This document shows, one piece after another, positions 11,430-23,824 of a stretch of 64,000 nucleotides of DNA. The DNA lies in NCBI GenBank assembly GCA_024679065.1, contig JAGIQG010000005.1, positions 39,680,001-39,744,000 of the forward strand, in the 5' to 3' direction. This DNA comes from Sphyrna mokarran (Eukaryota). The position numbers and the translations under genes were made by a program. The notes under the pieces are model-generated. The model did not search any database, was not told where the DNA came from, and was given only the letters and a program-made list of their open reading frames with translations. Numbering within the stretch: position 1 is the stretch's first letter; the number at the start of each line of letters is the position of its first letter.

Positions 11430-11610
11430 AGGTTTCAGATACAAAAACAGGAAATTCTGGAAAATCTCAGCAGGTCTGGCAGCAACTGTGAAGAGACAAC
11501 AGAGCCAACATTTCAAGTCTGGATGACTCTGTTCCTCTGACAGGCCTGTTGAGATTTTCAAGCATTGTCTTTCAGATTCCAGCATCCACATTAATTTGCC
11601 TTTATCTCAG
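11430..11610. mobile_element. Fold-back short repeat (second Penelope-like pLTR family)
   Basis: The arm ctggaaaatctcagcaggtctg is inverted relative to caggcctgttgagattttcaag, and the element ends in tcagattccagcatc like 63823-63950. Confidence 0.6.
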
Positions 11611-12393
11611 GTTTCAGATAGCATTTTTGGAACACTACAATAACCAAAAAACATTAGAGGGTGTGCAAGCCATATCTGGAATAAAGTGGCTAGTTTCAAC
11701 GCGAACACAAAGTTATTCAAGTTTTAGAAATAATGAACAGAATCCATTCTGTCCAGTTTGATAGCTTATTTGCTGGATCAATGGGGAAACTCTCCATCAA
11801 ATGATTCAGGTAGATGCCAGAAAGTTTTTTTTAAAAAATCTCCTTTAAACATATTATTAAGCGTGCAGTGAACATGAATTCTCTACAGACTTTCTGAAGA
11901 GATCCGGGCGCGTTTCTGAATGGAATTTTCAAGTTCTAAAAAGTAGCTTGAAGCACAGAAAGCAAGATGAGAGATTTATAAACTGGCAATGGAGATAATT
12001 TTTTGGCTTCTCTTGGCCACTTTTAATCTTCATCTTTCACTGTCAACTGAATGTCTGTAGTATGTCTGTGGATCATAAGGAAGCATTTGTTTTCTATGAA
12101 AGCTGTTCATAGTGACTCTGTCCAGTCAAGGACTTTCACTTAAATGTTTCAAGACTATTACATAATAAAGCCTTTCAAGTCCTCTGGAAGCACTGTTTGA
12201 TACTTTCAAGAAATACTTACATTTTGTTAAACATCAAAATATAAACAAAATATTTCAATGTGCTTTGAATGTTATAAAACAACTGCTGCAAATCATTTTG
12301 AGCAAAAAAATGGAATTGAAAAGCAGAAAACTTTGTTAAACTTTTATAGACCATTGGTTAGATCACATTAGTGAACAGTTCTTGGCGCCATTT

Positions 12394-12990
12394 CGTAACA
12401 ATCCCAGTTGGTGTTGTAACTTGACAGTAAAATCCCAGAATGGAACACCGGCTCAAAAGACATAACTTTTACTGGAGGGACAGAGTCACAGTGCCATTAA
12501 TTAGTTTTAACAACAAGGAAAAACAACATTCATTACACGAGAGGTTGGATTATGCTTCAATACTTCTTTAGTTTACAATACACACTGATTTTAAGATTAA
12601 AAAGGACTACAAGCATATCTTAAATTACAATTACAGAAATATAAAGACCATTTAAGCACACAGATTGGCTGTGGACTTTTCAACACTCTGCTCCACCCTC
12701 TCTCCGAGATGAGGGTCATACGACAAGTTTCCAAAAAAAAAAACACTAAAATCTTCTTTCACAACAATACTTTCCATAAGCAGTATGCATTCCAAAATCC
12801 AGTTCAAGTTTTTCAAATTACTCTTTTAAACAAAGCTGCCACTCCACCTTTAATAACGAGTGCAGTATTCAGGTTTTACACCTCTACATTCAACAACAAC
12901 AATGTTGTTGTTACAATGTTGTAAACCCCTTACAGCTATTTTTGTTTTCCTAACAAGATTTTAACAAGAGAATATATGAAGCACCTGAGA
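12394..12990 (-). mobile_element. Probable solo-LTR-like repeat
   Basis: Its terminus is the reverse complement of the 6250-6322 terminus. The far boundary is uncertain. Confidence 0.4.
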
Positions 12991-13119
12991 ACGTGTGTTG
13001 CAAATTTGCAAGAGAGTGATACTATGAATGGTTGTGCCTATTGTGGGGACAGTGTGGGGATGGGGGGGGAGGGGGGGTGGCGGTGGAATAGTAGCACTGT
13101 ACGGAATTAAATTTTCTCT

Positions 13120-13500
13120 TTTCCATGTAAAAGAGAAGACTAAAGATTCATCTGATTAAGATCTTTCAAATTAGGTAGTGCAGATGCAAAGAAGACTTCT
13201 CCACTCAAGGTCGATCAGAACGAGACCATAAAATAAGACAGTCACTGGTGAATTAATGAGGAATTCAGGGAAAACATCTTTATCAATATGAACAGCAACG
13301 AGAATATGGAAGAGTTATCATGGGAAGTGGTTACAGAAAACAGCATAGATGCATTTAAGGGGAAGTTAGATAAACACGAAGAAGAAAATAATGGAAGATA
13401 TGCTGTTGGGTTAAATGAAGAAAGATTGTGGAGCCTTATGTGAAGTATAAACACTGGTATATATCATTGGGTTGCACAGTCTTTTTCTACATTGCAGACC
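13120..13500 (+). mobile_element. Old CR1 3' fragment
   Basis: Degenerate motifs agagaagactaaga...ctgattaagatctttcaaatt and gatgcatttaaggggaagttagataaacac correspond to the CR1 C-terminus. Confidence 0.6.
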
Positions 13501-15182
13501 CTACTGTACATTTACTAGCGATTCCCTTAATAAAGCAATAAAGAGAGGTTCTGAGGTGAGATACCTCATGATGCCACAGACGCCACAGACTTAACTTTGG
13601 GCTCTGGAGGTCTAATCAATTTTTGAATCATTTACAGTATCTTATAGTACTAGAGATTTAAAATAAATGAGATTTCAGTTGTAGGTTTTATTTGGATCAC
13701 TGAATCTTATATTCAGTTCAATATGTTTGCTTCCTACAAAAACCAAGGTGCCTAATGAACTTGCATCATTCGGCTCTAAGTCCCCATTTCAGCCCGTCAG
13801 ACAACGGCAGGTAAAATTAAGTTATTTTTGGAACTGTCCAGAATTGTCATCATTCCTACAAGACTGCTCTTCTGCTTGCTGTTCTATTCAAAAATGTAAA
13901 AATGAAAGCAATTCTGAATGACCTCCTGAAAAGAAAGGACTTCTTAAAATAGCAAAACCACAACTTAATATGGAAGTCAAGAGCAAAATAATGGTCTGAA
14001 ATATCATTTACATTTTCCTTCAGATTTTCCCTATTCTAGCATAGAACCAATCTGCAGCATCCCTGCCACCATTAGTGGCTCTTTGGCCGAGATAGCCAAA
14101 TAAGCCTGAAGCAGAGATTGAGCAACATCATAAGATATCTCTTCTCAGAACTTCTGATTGTTGCTTTATCAAGGGAATCGCTGGTAATGTAAACATAGAT
14201 GTAATAATGCTGTATAGTAATTTACAGTATAGAAACACTCAAATTCCATGAGAGAATTGTCAATGGAGAAATGAGAGGTCACAATGCAAATCTTTCAAAT
14301 ATTGAAAACAATATAATCACTGTACTTGAATTTCAATCACCGAACAAGCAAAACAAGTACAAATACAATAAGCCTCACAGCCCACACATTCTTCCTGATT
14401 CTTAATAAATATTTAAAATAGCCTGTCAATAACGGGAACAAATGCCACATCATGTTTTTGAAATTAGGTAAATAAAACCAGCAAAATTTAGGGTTACGGA
14501 GATGTAAATTCACCCAATGAGCAGAACGATACTAAGAAAGTCCCCAGTTTGATACTGAGTCTCTCCTGAGTTATCAACAATGTGATAGATCAGAAAATGC
14601 TACCATTAGCTTTGGTATCCAAAAGATTGTTATATATCAGAAAGCCAGGCAGGAAAGATGGAACTAAAGCCAATTTTTACCACTTTCATGAGCATTTATT
14701 TACAGCATTATGAATTATAAGTGTACATTTCCTAGCCTAATAGCTATGGTTTCAGTCGATTTATAGGGGTCCAAATAAGTCGCCAGTTGTGCCCATCACC
14801 TGCATATAGTTGAACAATAAAATATAAACATCAGGGATAAGCAATACAAATCAGCAATAAATGTTATTAAATTTATTCCCCTTGTATGAAATTGAATATA
14901 ATCAGCTTTATAAAATTTACAAATATTTACATTATTTAATATATTTTGTTATTCACCTCCATGTAGGAGATTACGTGTTTCAATATCACAAGTGATAGTT
15001 ACGCTGGTTGTGGGGAATTGTTCTTGCTCCTTTGTGATCTATATTGATGAAACAACAATTTATGTTTCCATAAGGCCTTCAAAGTAATTAAAAGGGCATT
15101 ATAAAAAAAAGTTTGGTATTGAGCAAGATGATCAAAAGCTTTATCACACAAATAGATTTTAAGAAATTTGTTAAAGGTTAAT

Positions 15183-15545
15183 CATATACCTCCCCCCACA
15201 TTCTTTCTCCTGAAATGCATCACCTTGCATTTATCAGGATTGAATTCCATCTGCCATCTATCTGCCCAAGCTACCAGCCTATTTATGTCTTGCTGTATCG
15301 CCTGACAATGCTCCTCACTATCCTCAAGTCCAGCCAGCTTTGTATCGTCTGCAAACTTGCAGATCACTCCACTTACTCTCTCTTCCAAGTCATTCATATA
15401 TATTACAAATAGAAGAGTTCCCAGTAATGAGCCCTGCAGCACACCACTAGTAACCGACCTCCAGCTAGAAAAACACCCTTCCACTATTACTCTGTCTCCT
15501 ATTACCAAGCCAGTTACTTATCCATCTAGCTACCTGTCCTTGTAT
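15183..15545 (-). mobile_element. Internal CR1 RT fragment, same subfamily as 23825-26038
   Basis: VTSGVLQGSLLG...KFADDTKL is present, and the DNA is a near-identical reverse complement of ~24500-24855. Confidence 0.85.
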
Positions 15546-15559
15546 TTCGTTAGTGGAGG

Positions 15560-17392
15560 ATTAAAAGATTGATTAAGAAGGGAAAAAAGGAGTATGAAAG
15601 TAAGATAGAAGGGAACATAAAAATTGACCGTAAAAGTTTCTATAGATACGTAAAGAAAAATGATTGACAAAAATGAATGTAGGCCCCTTACAGTTAGAAA
15701 AGGAAGAATTCATAAAGCAGAATAAAAAAAGGCTGAGGAATTAAATTAATACTTTGCTTCAGTCTTCACAAAGGAAGACATGAATAGTGTGACAGAAGTG
15801 CTGAAATGACATGTTTTAGTGAGGAGCTTCAGTAGAGAAATGGTTTTGGGAAATTGATGGGATTGAAGGTGGATAAATCTCCAGGTCCTGATAATCTTCA
15901 TCCCAGAATACTTAAGTGGCCCTGGAAATAGTAGATTCATTAGTGGTCATTTTCTAAGTTCTTTGGACTCTGGAATAGTTCCTATAAATTGGAGGATAGC
16001 TAATGTAAGCCCACTATTCAAAAAAAGAGGCAGAGGGAAAACACAGAACTATAGACAGTGAGCTTAACATCAGTACTGGGTAAATTGCTAGAGTCTATTA
16101 TCAAGAATTTCGTAATTTGGCATTTGGATAAAGTCAGCACAGATTTACAAAAAGAAAATCATGCTTGACGAATCTATTGGAATTTTTTGGATGTAACTAG
16201 TAAAGTTGATAAAGAACCAGTGGATGTCATTTATTTAGACTTTCAGAAGGCTTTTGACAAGGTCTTACGTAACAGACTACCATGTAAAGTTAAACCACAC
16301 GAGATTGCACATATTGTCTTGAGATGGATAGAAAGTTGGTTAACATGTAGGAAGCAAAGAGTTGCATAAATGTGTCTTTTCTGATTGGCAGTCAACAACT
16401 AGGTTGACTAGGGGTTCTGCAGGGATCAGTGCTATGACCCCAACTGTTCATATTATGTATTAATGATTTGGAAACGGAAACTGAATGTATTATCTCCACA
16501 GTTGCAGATGATACAAAGTTGGGTGGGAGGGTGAGCAGTGAGGAGAATGGAAAGATGTGTCAGCGTAATTTGGACAGGTTGAGTATGTGGGCATCTGCAC
16601 AGCAGATGCAGTATAACACGGACAAACGTGAGGTCACAATAATAGGAAGACAGATCATTACTTGAATGGGTGTAAATTGGGAGAGATGGATACTCAATGA
16701 GATCTTGGAGTCCTTGTGCACTAGTCACTGAAAGTAAGCATGCAGGTACAGCAGGCAGTAAAGAAGGCAAATGGCATGTTGGCCTTCACAGCAAGAAAAT
16801 TTGAGTATAGAGATAGGGATGTTTTGCTACAATTATATAGGGTGTTGGTGAGGCCACACCTAAAGAACTGTGTGCAGTTTTGGTCTTTATTTGATGAAGG
16901 GTGTCTGTCCTTGCTAAAGAGCAAAGGTTTACCAAGCTGATTCCTGGGATGGCAGGCCTGTCATATGAGGAAAGGCTATGTTAGTTAGGATTATATCCAC
17001 TAGCATTTAGAAAAGTGAGAGGGGGATCTCATAGAAACTTATGAAACTCTAACAGGATAGATTCAGAACGAACATTCCCAATTGTGGGGAAGTCCAGAAC
17101 TAGGGCCATAGTTTGAAGATAAGGGATAAACTTTTTAGAACTAAGGTGAGGAGAATTTCTTTACCCAGAGGATGGTGAATGTATGGAATTTACTATCAGA
17201 GTGTAGTTGAGGCCAAAATGTTGTCTGATTTCAAGAAGAAATTAGATATAGCTCTTGGGGCTTAAAGGATCAAGGGATGAGGACGAAGAGGGGATCAGGA
17301 TATTGAACTCAATGATCCGCCATGATTAAGCTGATCACGCGAAGAAGGTTCAAAAGGCAAAATAGTCTACACCTGCTTCTAGTTTCTATATG
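15560..17392 (+). mobile_element. Decayed CR1 LINE (RT to 3' end)
   Basis: Frameshifted VDVIYLDFQKAFDKV, ADDTKLGG and LYRVLVRPHL, with a 3' tail ending ttctatatg. Confidence 0.9.
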
Positions 17393-18291
17393 TAGATGGA
17401 TATTTAAGACAGACACTTTTTTTTGTCACAGATGGTCATTGTCAACCATTTGTCAGTCCACGTCCAGTTGCTCTCCCAAGTTCTATTACAGATTGGCTTT
17501 GGTGGTATCATTATCAGAATACTTGGGTTGGTGCTATTAATCACATCGTCATCTACACCAGTGACCTAATAAGAGGAAAAATTGCTTCAGGTTTTGCAGC
17601 CAAGATTGTGGGGGCTCCAGGTTTATCATGAACACAGTAAAACCAAAAAGATTAAATAAATTAAAATTTAAAAAAGACAATGCGATGGTTTTACTAATAT
17701 TGCAATAAAACCAAATGATGTAACATTTTTCTGGCGTTGTAACATTTCACGCAAACTGAAATTGCTTAACGGGATGATTAGACATTTTATTTTTCTAAAC
17801 TTAGTTTGTATCTGGAAAGGACATTTTGAGCTGTGTGCATTAGAAGATCTACTGGTTTTAAAGCCTGGTAATTATTTTAGCTTCGAGTAATGGAAAGAAA
17901 TTGAATAATGGATTTGTAATACAGAAATTAGGTTAATGGGGAAAATGGCTTTTTTCTCAGCTTTGAGTGTACTATTTAAGAAGCATATTGACAAAATGCA
18001 TTCGCATAAGATTCTTTTGCTAATGTCAACCCAGTAATAATTTGTATTACTTTGCTTTAGATTTTTCAAACTAGTCTCCACCTCTCTAGTTATCAGCCAT
18101 TTCCACCCTCACAATCAGCATAATGCACAAAAGGATTATAAGCAAAACATGCCCAATGATAGTAGAGAACTTCCTTAAACCAGACATGGTGTTTGACTTC
18201 TGTAATCCAAAAGAGTTTCAGTCAACTGCAACTGGTATTCCCAAGCAGTCTATCTAAACACTAAGCATGGAATTTGCTTCGCTTTTTAGAT

Positions 18292-19500
18292 CAGGGGTTT
18301 TCAAACTGGTTTGGCTGTCAGCAATTTGTACGGTATGTGGTGAAGAGAAAAGCTTTCCACCTTGGTGTAATAGTTTGTTTCTCATTTTAGCCTATACTGC
18401 TAGCTAGCAGCTATGTGAAAAAAGAGCAAAATGTGTCAGTTTCTTCCCATCAGTATACAGTCAGCATTTGTCAGCTATTCTCCCTCACTGAAACACCTGG
18501 AAACTTGGTCCTTCGATAAGGAAGTATTAGCGAGTTTGGCCTCCAGGCACCTAGTGTGCACTGGTACTTGGACACACCCTGAGACTCAGGAAGCAAATTC
18601 CCAGTTATGGCTGAATAGCTGCATTGCCTTTTGGATACCTCAGGAGAGTTGAAATCTTTGAGTAAATCCTGGCTAAAATCTGGAGTATAGCCCAAGAGCT
18701 TTCCAGCAACTCCTGCAAATAAGCTGGTACCAACATAGTGCTTTGCATTCCTTTGAACTCAACTGTGGCAATTAAAAGCAGGACCCTAATATTTCCCAGA
18801 TATGCATCCTGGAGAGGAAAATCTAATTTCACTGCAGAGCATGAACACAATACAGGAGACAGCACTCACGAGTAACAAGCCCAGCTTGGTTGAGATAGAG
18901 AATAGGTGCTTCAGGCATTCTCCAAAAGTGAAGAGGAACTATCACATCCCACTGGTCAGCCACCACCCACCTCACATCAGGTAGCCCTTGACGAGTAAAA
19001 TGCTGACCCACTATATATAACATGCACACAAAACTGCAGTGTCATGACCATGTGCATAGAGCTGGTTGATAATGCGTGCAAGACAGCCATGATTAATCTA
19101 GAATTTGATAGCCCCACTTGCAAATGTTCAGCTCAAGTCAGACACCAGGCCAACAGAGCAGATCACAGGAAAAAAAACACCACTTGTTCATCTAGCAGAT
19201 GAAGAGCGCAGAAAAAACCTATGAGCGAATTGGAGGCTTCGCTGTAATGAACCTACTACTTTCAATGATAGGACACCCCCTCCCACACACCCATAGTCAA
19301 GAATATTTTCTCTCAATCTGCCTCTCAACTCAACCAGAGCCAATTCATCTCATGAACGTCTATGCTATAACACTGTGCTCTACTAGAGGCAAAAAACAGG
19401 CTCTAGGAGGAGACTGATGATCCTATCTGGCTATTAAGCCAGAACATATTCACCCAGTGCTGTATTTCAAAGCAAGAGGGAGGTTATGGCTCTCATGCCT
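18292..19500 (-). mobile_element. Highly decayed hAT (Charlie-like) DNA transposon
   Basis: A TIR-like cagggGttttcaaact lies at 18292. The minus strand has remnants of HCIIHQ-, VRWLS- and AYL.DIF-like motifs (DVRWVV, AYLGNI, SLILPY). Confidence 0.5.
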
Positions 19501-20229
19501 CAGGCAACATAGCCTGGAAAAAATAAGTGAGAATGGACAGAAGCTATTTGAGCTTTGTTATGACAAGGTATGTGTAACTAACACCTTATTTCAGAACTAA
19601 CAGTGCAAGGTTGTTTGGAGTCATCCAAGATCAGGGCATTGGCACCAGCTGGATTTGATCGTCACCAGATCTCTCTAAATAGCATTCTAAATAACAATTT
19701 AAATAAGGTGTATTAATCCGTTTGCATCCTTTAAACTCTGAATACATATGCCACATTAATTTGTCAACTGATTTCATACTGCTATATATTGTGCAAAAAT
19801 CTACATTCACCAATTATACTGTGACAGAATTATTTTAAAAGAAACCAATTGCTTGAAGTATGAATTTTGGATGGATCAATCTAACTGAAAAGTTGAATTG
19901 CAAGGTACAATTTGTTTTTCTTATGCATATTTACTTGGTCAATTCGCACTGCCACCTTTAGTCATCTGAAACCTGAGAAATCTTTAAAAATGATTTTTAC
20001 AAGGATAGGAAACAAGTGAAAAAAAATGTCCAGAGCATTTCTAAGAACATAGAAAAACCATTAGTCAGACCCAACACTTCACCCAATCAAGATCCACATT
20101 CATAACACACTGACCATGTTCAATAGCGTCCCTGAGACATTTCATTACATTAAATGCATCATACAAATACAAGTTGCTGTTCATCCGTCCTGTAAGTCAA
20201 ACTCCATATTGCTTTACTCTCTGCTAAAC

Positions 20230-20540
20230 TCTTCATTCTCTAACCTTAGATTTCAAAAGAGAGCAGTAATGTGGAGAAGCTTACAGAAAAATTAGCCGAG
20301 CTTAAAGCCTAAGCAGCTAAAGGCATAGCCGTTCAATGGTAGAACAATGGAAACTGGAAATTTATATCAGACGAATGCAGAGCTTATGGAGGGTTGTAAG
20401 ACTTGAGGAGGTTACAGAGATCAGAAGGGATCTGAAAACAAAGATGAAAATTTTAAAACTGAAGCAGTCAGATTGGCCATCAACGTGGATCATAAAATAT
20501 AGAAGCAACGGGTGAAAAGGAAATCAATGCAAGTCAGTGT
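20230..20540 (-). mobile_element. L2-type LINE fragment
   Basis: It is similar to 7760-8040 (ggttacagaga...aaaattttaaaa). Confidence 0.55.
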
Positions 20541-21079
20541 ACGGGCAGCAGAGCTTTGGGCCTTAAATATCCTTTTTCCAGCTGCCATAAATTTGATCTT
20601 CCAGATTTAATGTTACCACATAAACACATTAAGATTTTTTCATTCACTGTGTTCCAGGGCTGACTAGACTACCCTTCTCAACAAAGCACACTGCTGTTTT
20701 TGGTAGTCTTGTAGCTCTTCTTGGAACTGCCTCCAGAACTTGAATGTTCACCTTGTTTCAGAGACTAGGACTGAGCAGAATTAAAGGTGTAGCCTGACCA
20801 AGATAACAAAGTTTGCATGACTGTGCAATTTGTAGCCTAATGCTTCAATTAAGTATTTCAACATTCCACGTGCCTAGCGATTGCTATTCCAGTCATTAGA
20901 ATCATAGAAAAGTTACAGCACAAAAGGAGGCCATTCAGCCCATCTGGTCCATGCCAGCCCAGGGCACACAGTTGCCCTTTCTAGTCCCACCTTCCTATAC
21001 CCAAATCATAGTCCTATAGTTTATAGCACTTAAAGTCTGATGTGATTCATCGTATACTAATAATTATGACCATAATGTA

Positions 21080-21880
21080 AGGTATTATTTCTTGCATGCT
21101 ATATAGATAAAACATACTATATATAGGGAAGGAAAGGAGGCAGTGCCGAATGTAGCATTACGGTCATAACTAGGGTGTAGAGAAAAATCAACTTAATGTG
21201 AGGTAGATGCATTCAAAAGGCTGATGGCAACAACGAGGAAGCTATTTGAGTTAGTTGGTATGTGTCCTCAGGCTTTTATAATTTCTTCCTGATGGATGAA
21301 GGTGGAAGAGAGTACGTCTGGGGTGCATCGGGTCCTTGATTATACAGGCTGCTTTTCCGAAACAGCAGGAAGTGTAGATAGTGGCAATGACCGGGAGACT
21401 GGTTTGAGTGATGCACTGGGCTTCGTTCATGATCTTTTATAGTTTCTTGCGGTCTTGGACAGAACAGGTACCATTCCAAACTGTGATACAACCAGAAAGA
21501 ATGCTTTCAATGGTGCATCTGTAGAAGTTGGTGAAAGTTGTGGCAGACATGCCAAATTTGTTTAGTCTCCTGAGAAAATAGAGGCGTCGATGAGCTTTTT
21601 TATCTGTAGCATCTACAGGAAGGAGCCAGGACAGGCTGTTAGTGGTCCAGACATCTAAAAATCTGAAACTCTTGACCACGTCTACTTCATCCCCATTGAT
21701 GTAGACATGGGTGTGCCCTCCACTACACTTCCTGAAGTAAATGACTATCTCCTTTGTTTTGTTGATATTGAGATACAGATTATTGTCTTTGCCCAGTTCA
21801 CCAGATCTTCTCTCTTTCCTGTACTGTGTCTCATCACTGTTTAAGATCTGATCCAGAATGGTAGTGTCATCAGTAAACTT
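21080..21880 (-). mobile_element. Rex1/Babar-like LINE 3' portion
   Basis: FKFTDDTTI...LNINKTKEIVIYFRK...RLYFLRRL...FYRCTIESILSGCITVW are Rex1-type RT C-terminal motifs. Confidence 0.85.
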
Positions 21881-22050
21881 AAAAATCCAGGTACTACCTA
21901 AGAGTTTAGGGGTCTCTGTCTCCACCACCAACTCAAGCAGTAAATTCCAGACACCCACCACCTTTGGCACAAAAAAAGTTCTTCCTCTTGTCCCCTCTAC
22001 ACCTACTATGAGCTACCTTGAATCTGTGCTCCCTGGTTCTAGAATTCTCC

Positions 22051-22194
22051 GTGATGTAGAGATGCCGGCATTGGACTGGGGTAAACTCAGTAAGAGGTCT
22101 GACAACACCAATTTTAAATCCAACCGATTTATTTGATAGTAAACTTGCTAGCTTTCGGTCTTTGTAGCCTTTGTCAGGCTACAAATTGGTGTTA
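22051..22194 (-). mobile_element. Penelope pLTR-end mini-insert with tail, mutated hammerhead and 11-bp inverted end
   Basis: A 13-bp TSD tctagaattctcc lies at 22038-22050 and 22195-22207. The insert is homologous to 44187-44312, and its terminal aaattggtgtt is the inverse of the internal aacaccaattt. Confidence 0.85.
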
Positions 22195-23824
22195 TCTAGA
22201 ATTCTCCACCAGGGGAAAACAACTTTATCCTGCCCACTCTATCTCTTCCACTTAATTTTGTAGACCTCTATCAAGTCTCCCTCAGCTTTTTTTGTTTCAA
22301 AGAAAATAGTCCCAACCTATCTGATCTCTCCTCGTAGCTACACTTTTCTAACCCTGGCTTGTAAATCTCCTTTGTACTCTCTCCAAAGCAATTATGTTCA
22401 CCCTGTAATCTGGTGAGTAGACTTGTACACAATTCTCCAGTTGTGGCCTCACCAGTGTTTTATACAATTCCAACACTGTATCCTTATTTTAAATTCTATA
22501 CTTCTGCCATTGATGGAAAGCATTTTATATGTCCTCTTTAGAAATGTTGTCTATTTGCTGCCTTTAGGGATCCAAAACATCTCAGTCCATCCACCCTTCT
22601 TAGTATATTCCTATTTATTGTATATTCCCCATAATTGTTTGATGTCCCTAAATGCATGACCTCACACTCCCCCCAATGTTAAAATCCATATCTGACACTT
22701 TACCACCCAAACTACCAGCCCATTTGTTTTATTTTGGAGATTTTTGCTGTGCTGTACACTATCCACTACTCAGTAATCTTTGTGCCATTTGCAAATTTTC
22801 CAATCAAGGCCCTTACATTCACATCCAAATTGTTAATATAGAACACAAATAGCAAGCATTCCAGCATCGAACCTTGTGGATCACCATTTGAAACAACTTT
22901 CTATTCGCAAAGGCATCCATCGACCATTACCCTTTGTTTTTCTATTATGAAGCCAACTTTTGATCCAGTTTGCCACGTTAGGGTTTTAGTTCAAATGAGG
23001 TAAAGTGCCTTCATCTTCAGCTATTTCAATACCATTCAGGAATTATTTACGTTACGTATTTCCCTTCCTATCCATGGCACTTTACAACTGCCTTGTTTAA
23101 TTTCACCTGGCATTGTTTCACATTATACCTTTTATCTAATTCATACTTGCTATGGTTCCTATTTGAGTACTCTTATTATTTTGAAGCATGCATAGAATTT
23201 CTGAACTGAAAACACTCATCTAAATCAGAAATAGAAATCCCAACACTGATCCCCAAGAATCCCTATGCACAACACATCTCATCATATCTGAAAGTATCTC
23301 AAGGATGTATCTGTTTCTTCCAGCCTTTATATTAATTTCTTCACGATGCTTCAATTTTATCTCAATTCCCACTACCTTTGTTTTGGTTTTTTTTAATGTG
23401 ACAATTCAAGACATCACATCAAAGTCAAAGAGTTAGTTTACACTGGATGATGTCTTCCTGTACTTAAGCTAGGAAGCTGCTGAACAAATAGATCATGCCG
23501 ATATCCTAATCGATTATGCTATTCTTTCCAATGCCAAATTAACACTACTGGATTTGTAGCTGCTTGGATATGTTTTTCTTTCCTTCCAAATTATGCAACC
23601 TCCTCAGCATTCCACTTGGACTGAAGCTTAGTATTAGAGTTACAAAACTAGAAAGCATCAGAATAACTTACTGTAATGTTATATATTTGGAAAAAACACT
23701 GCACAAATTAAAACAAAACTAAAAATATGTTTATAGTTTCTGTACATTACGCATTTAGATTTTAATTGGAGATCACTTTTATAGATTTAATAGATTTTCA
23801 ATACACTCCAAAGAGTTGTATCCA

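Larger units (their letters stand above)
20897..22980 (-). mobile_element. CR1 LINE split by a Rex1 insertion (tail 20897-21030; body 21880-22980)
   Basis: The CR1 tail tagaatcatagaaaagttacagcac is present, and the body resumes as KVVGVWNLLLELVVE at 21880-21970. Confidence 0.7.
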
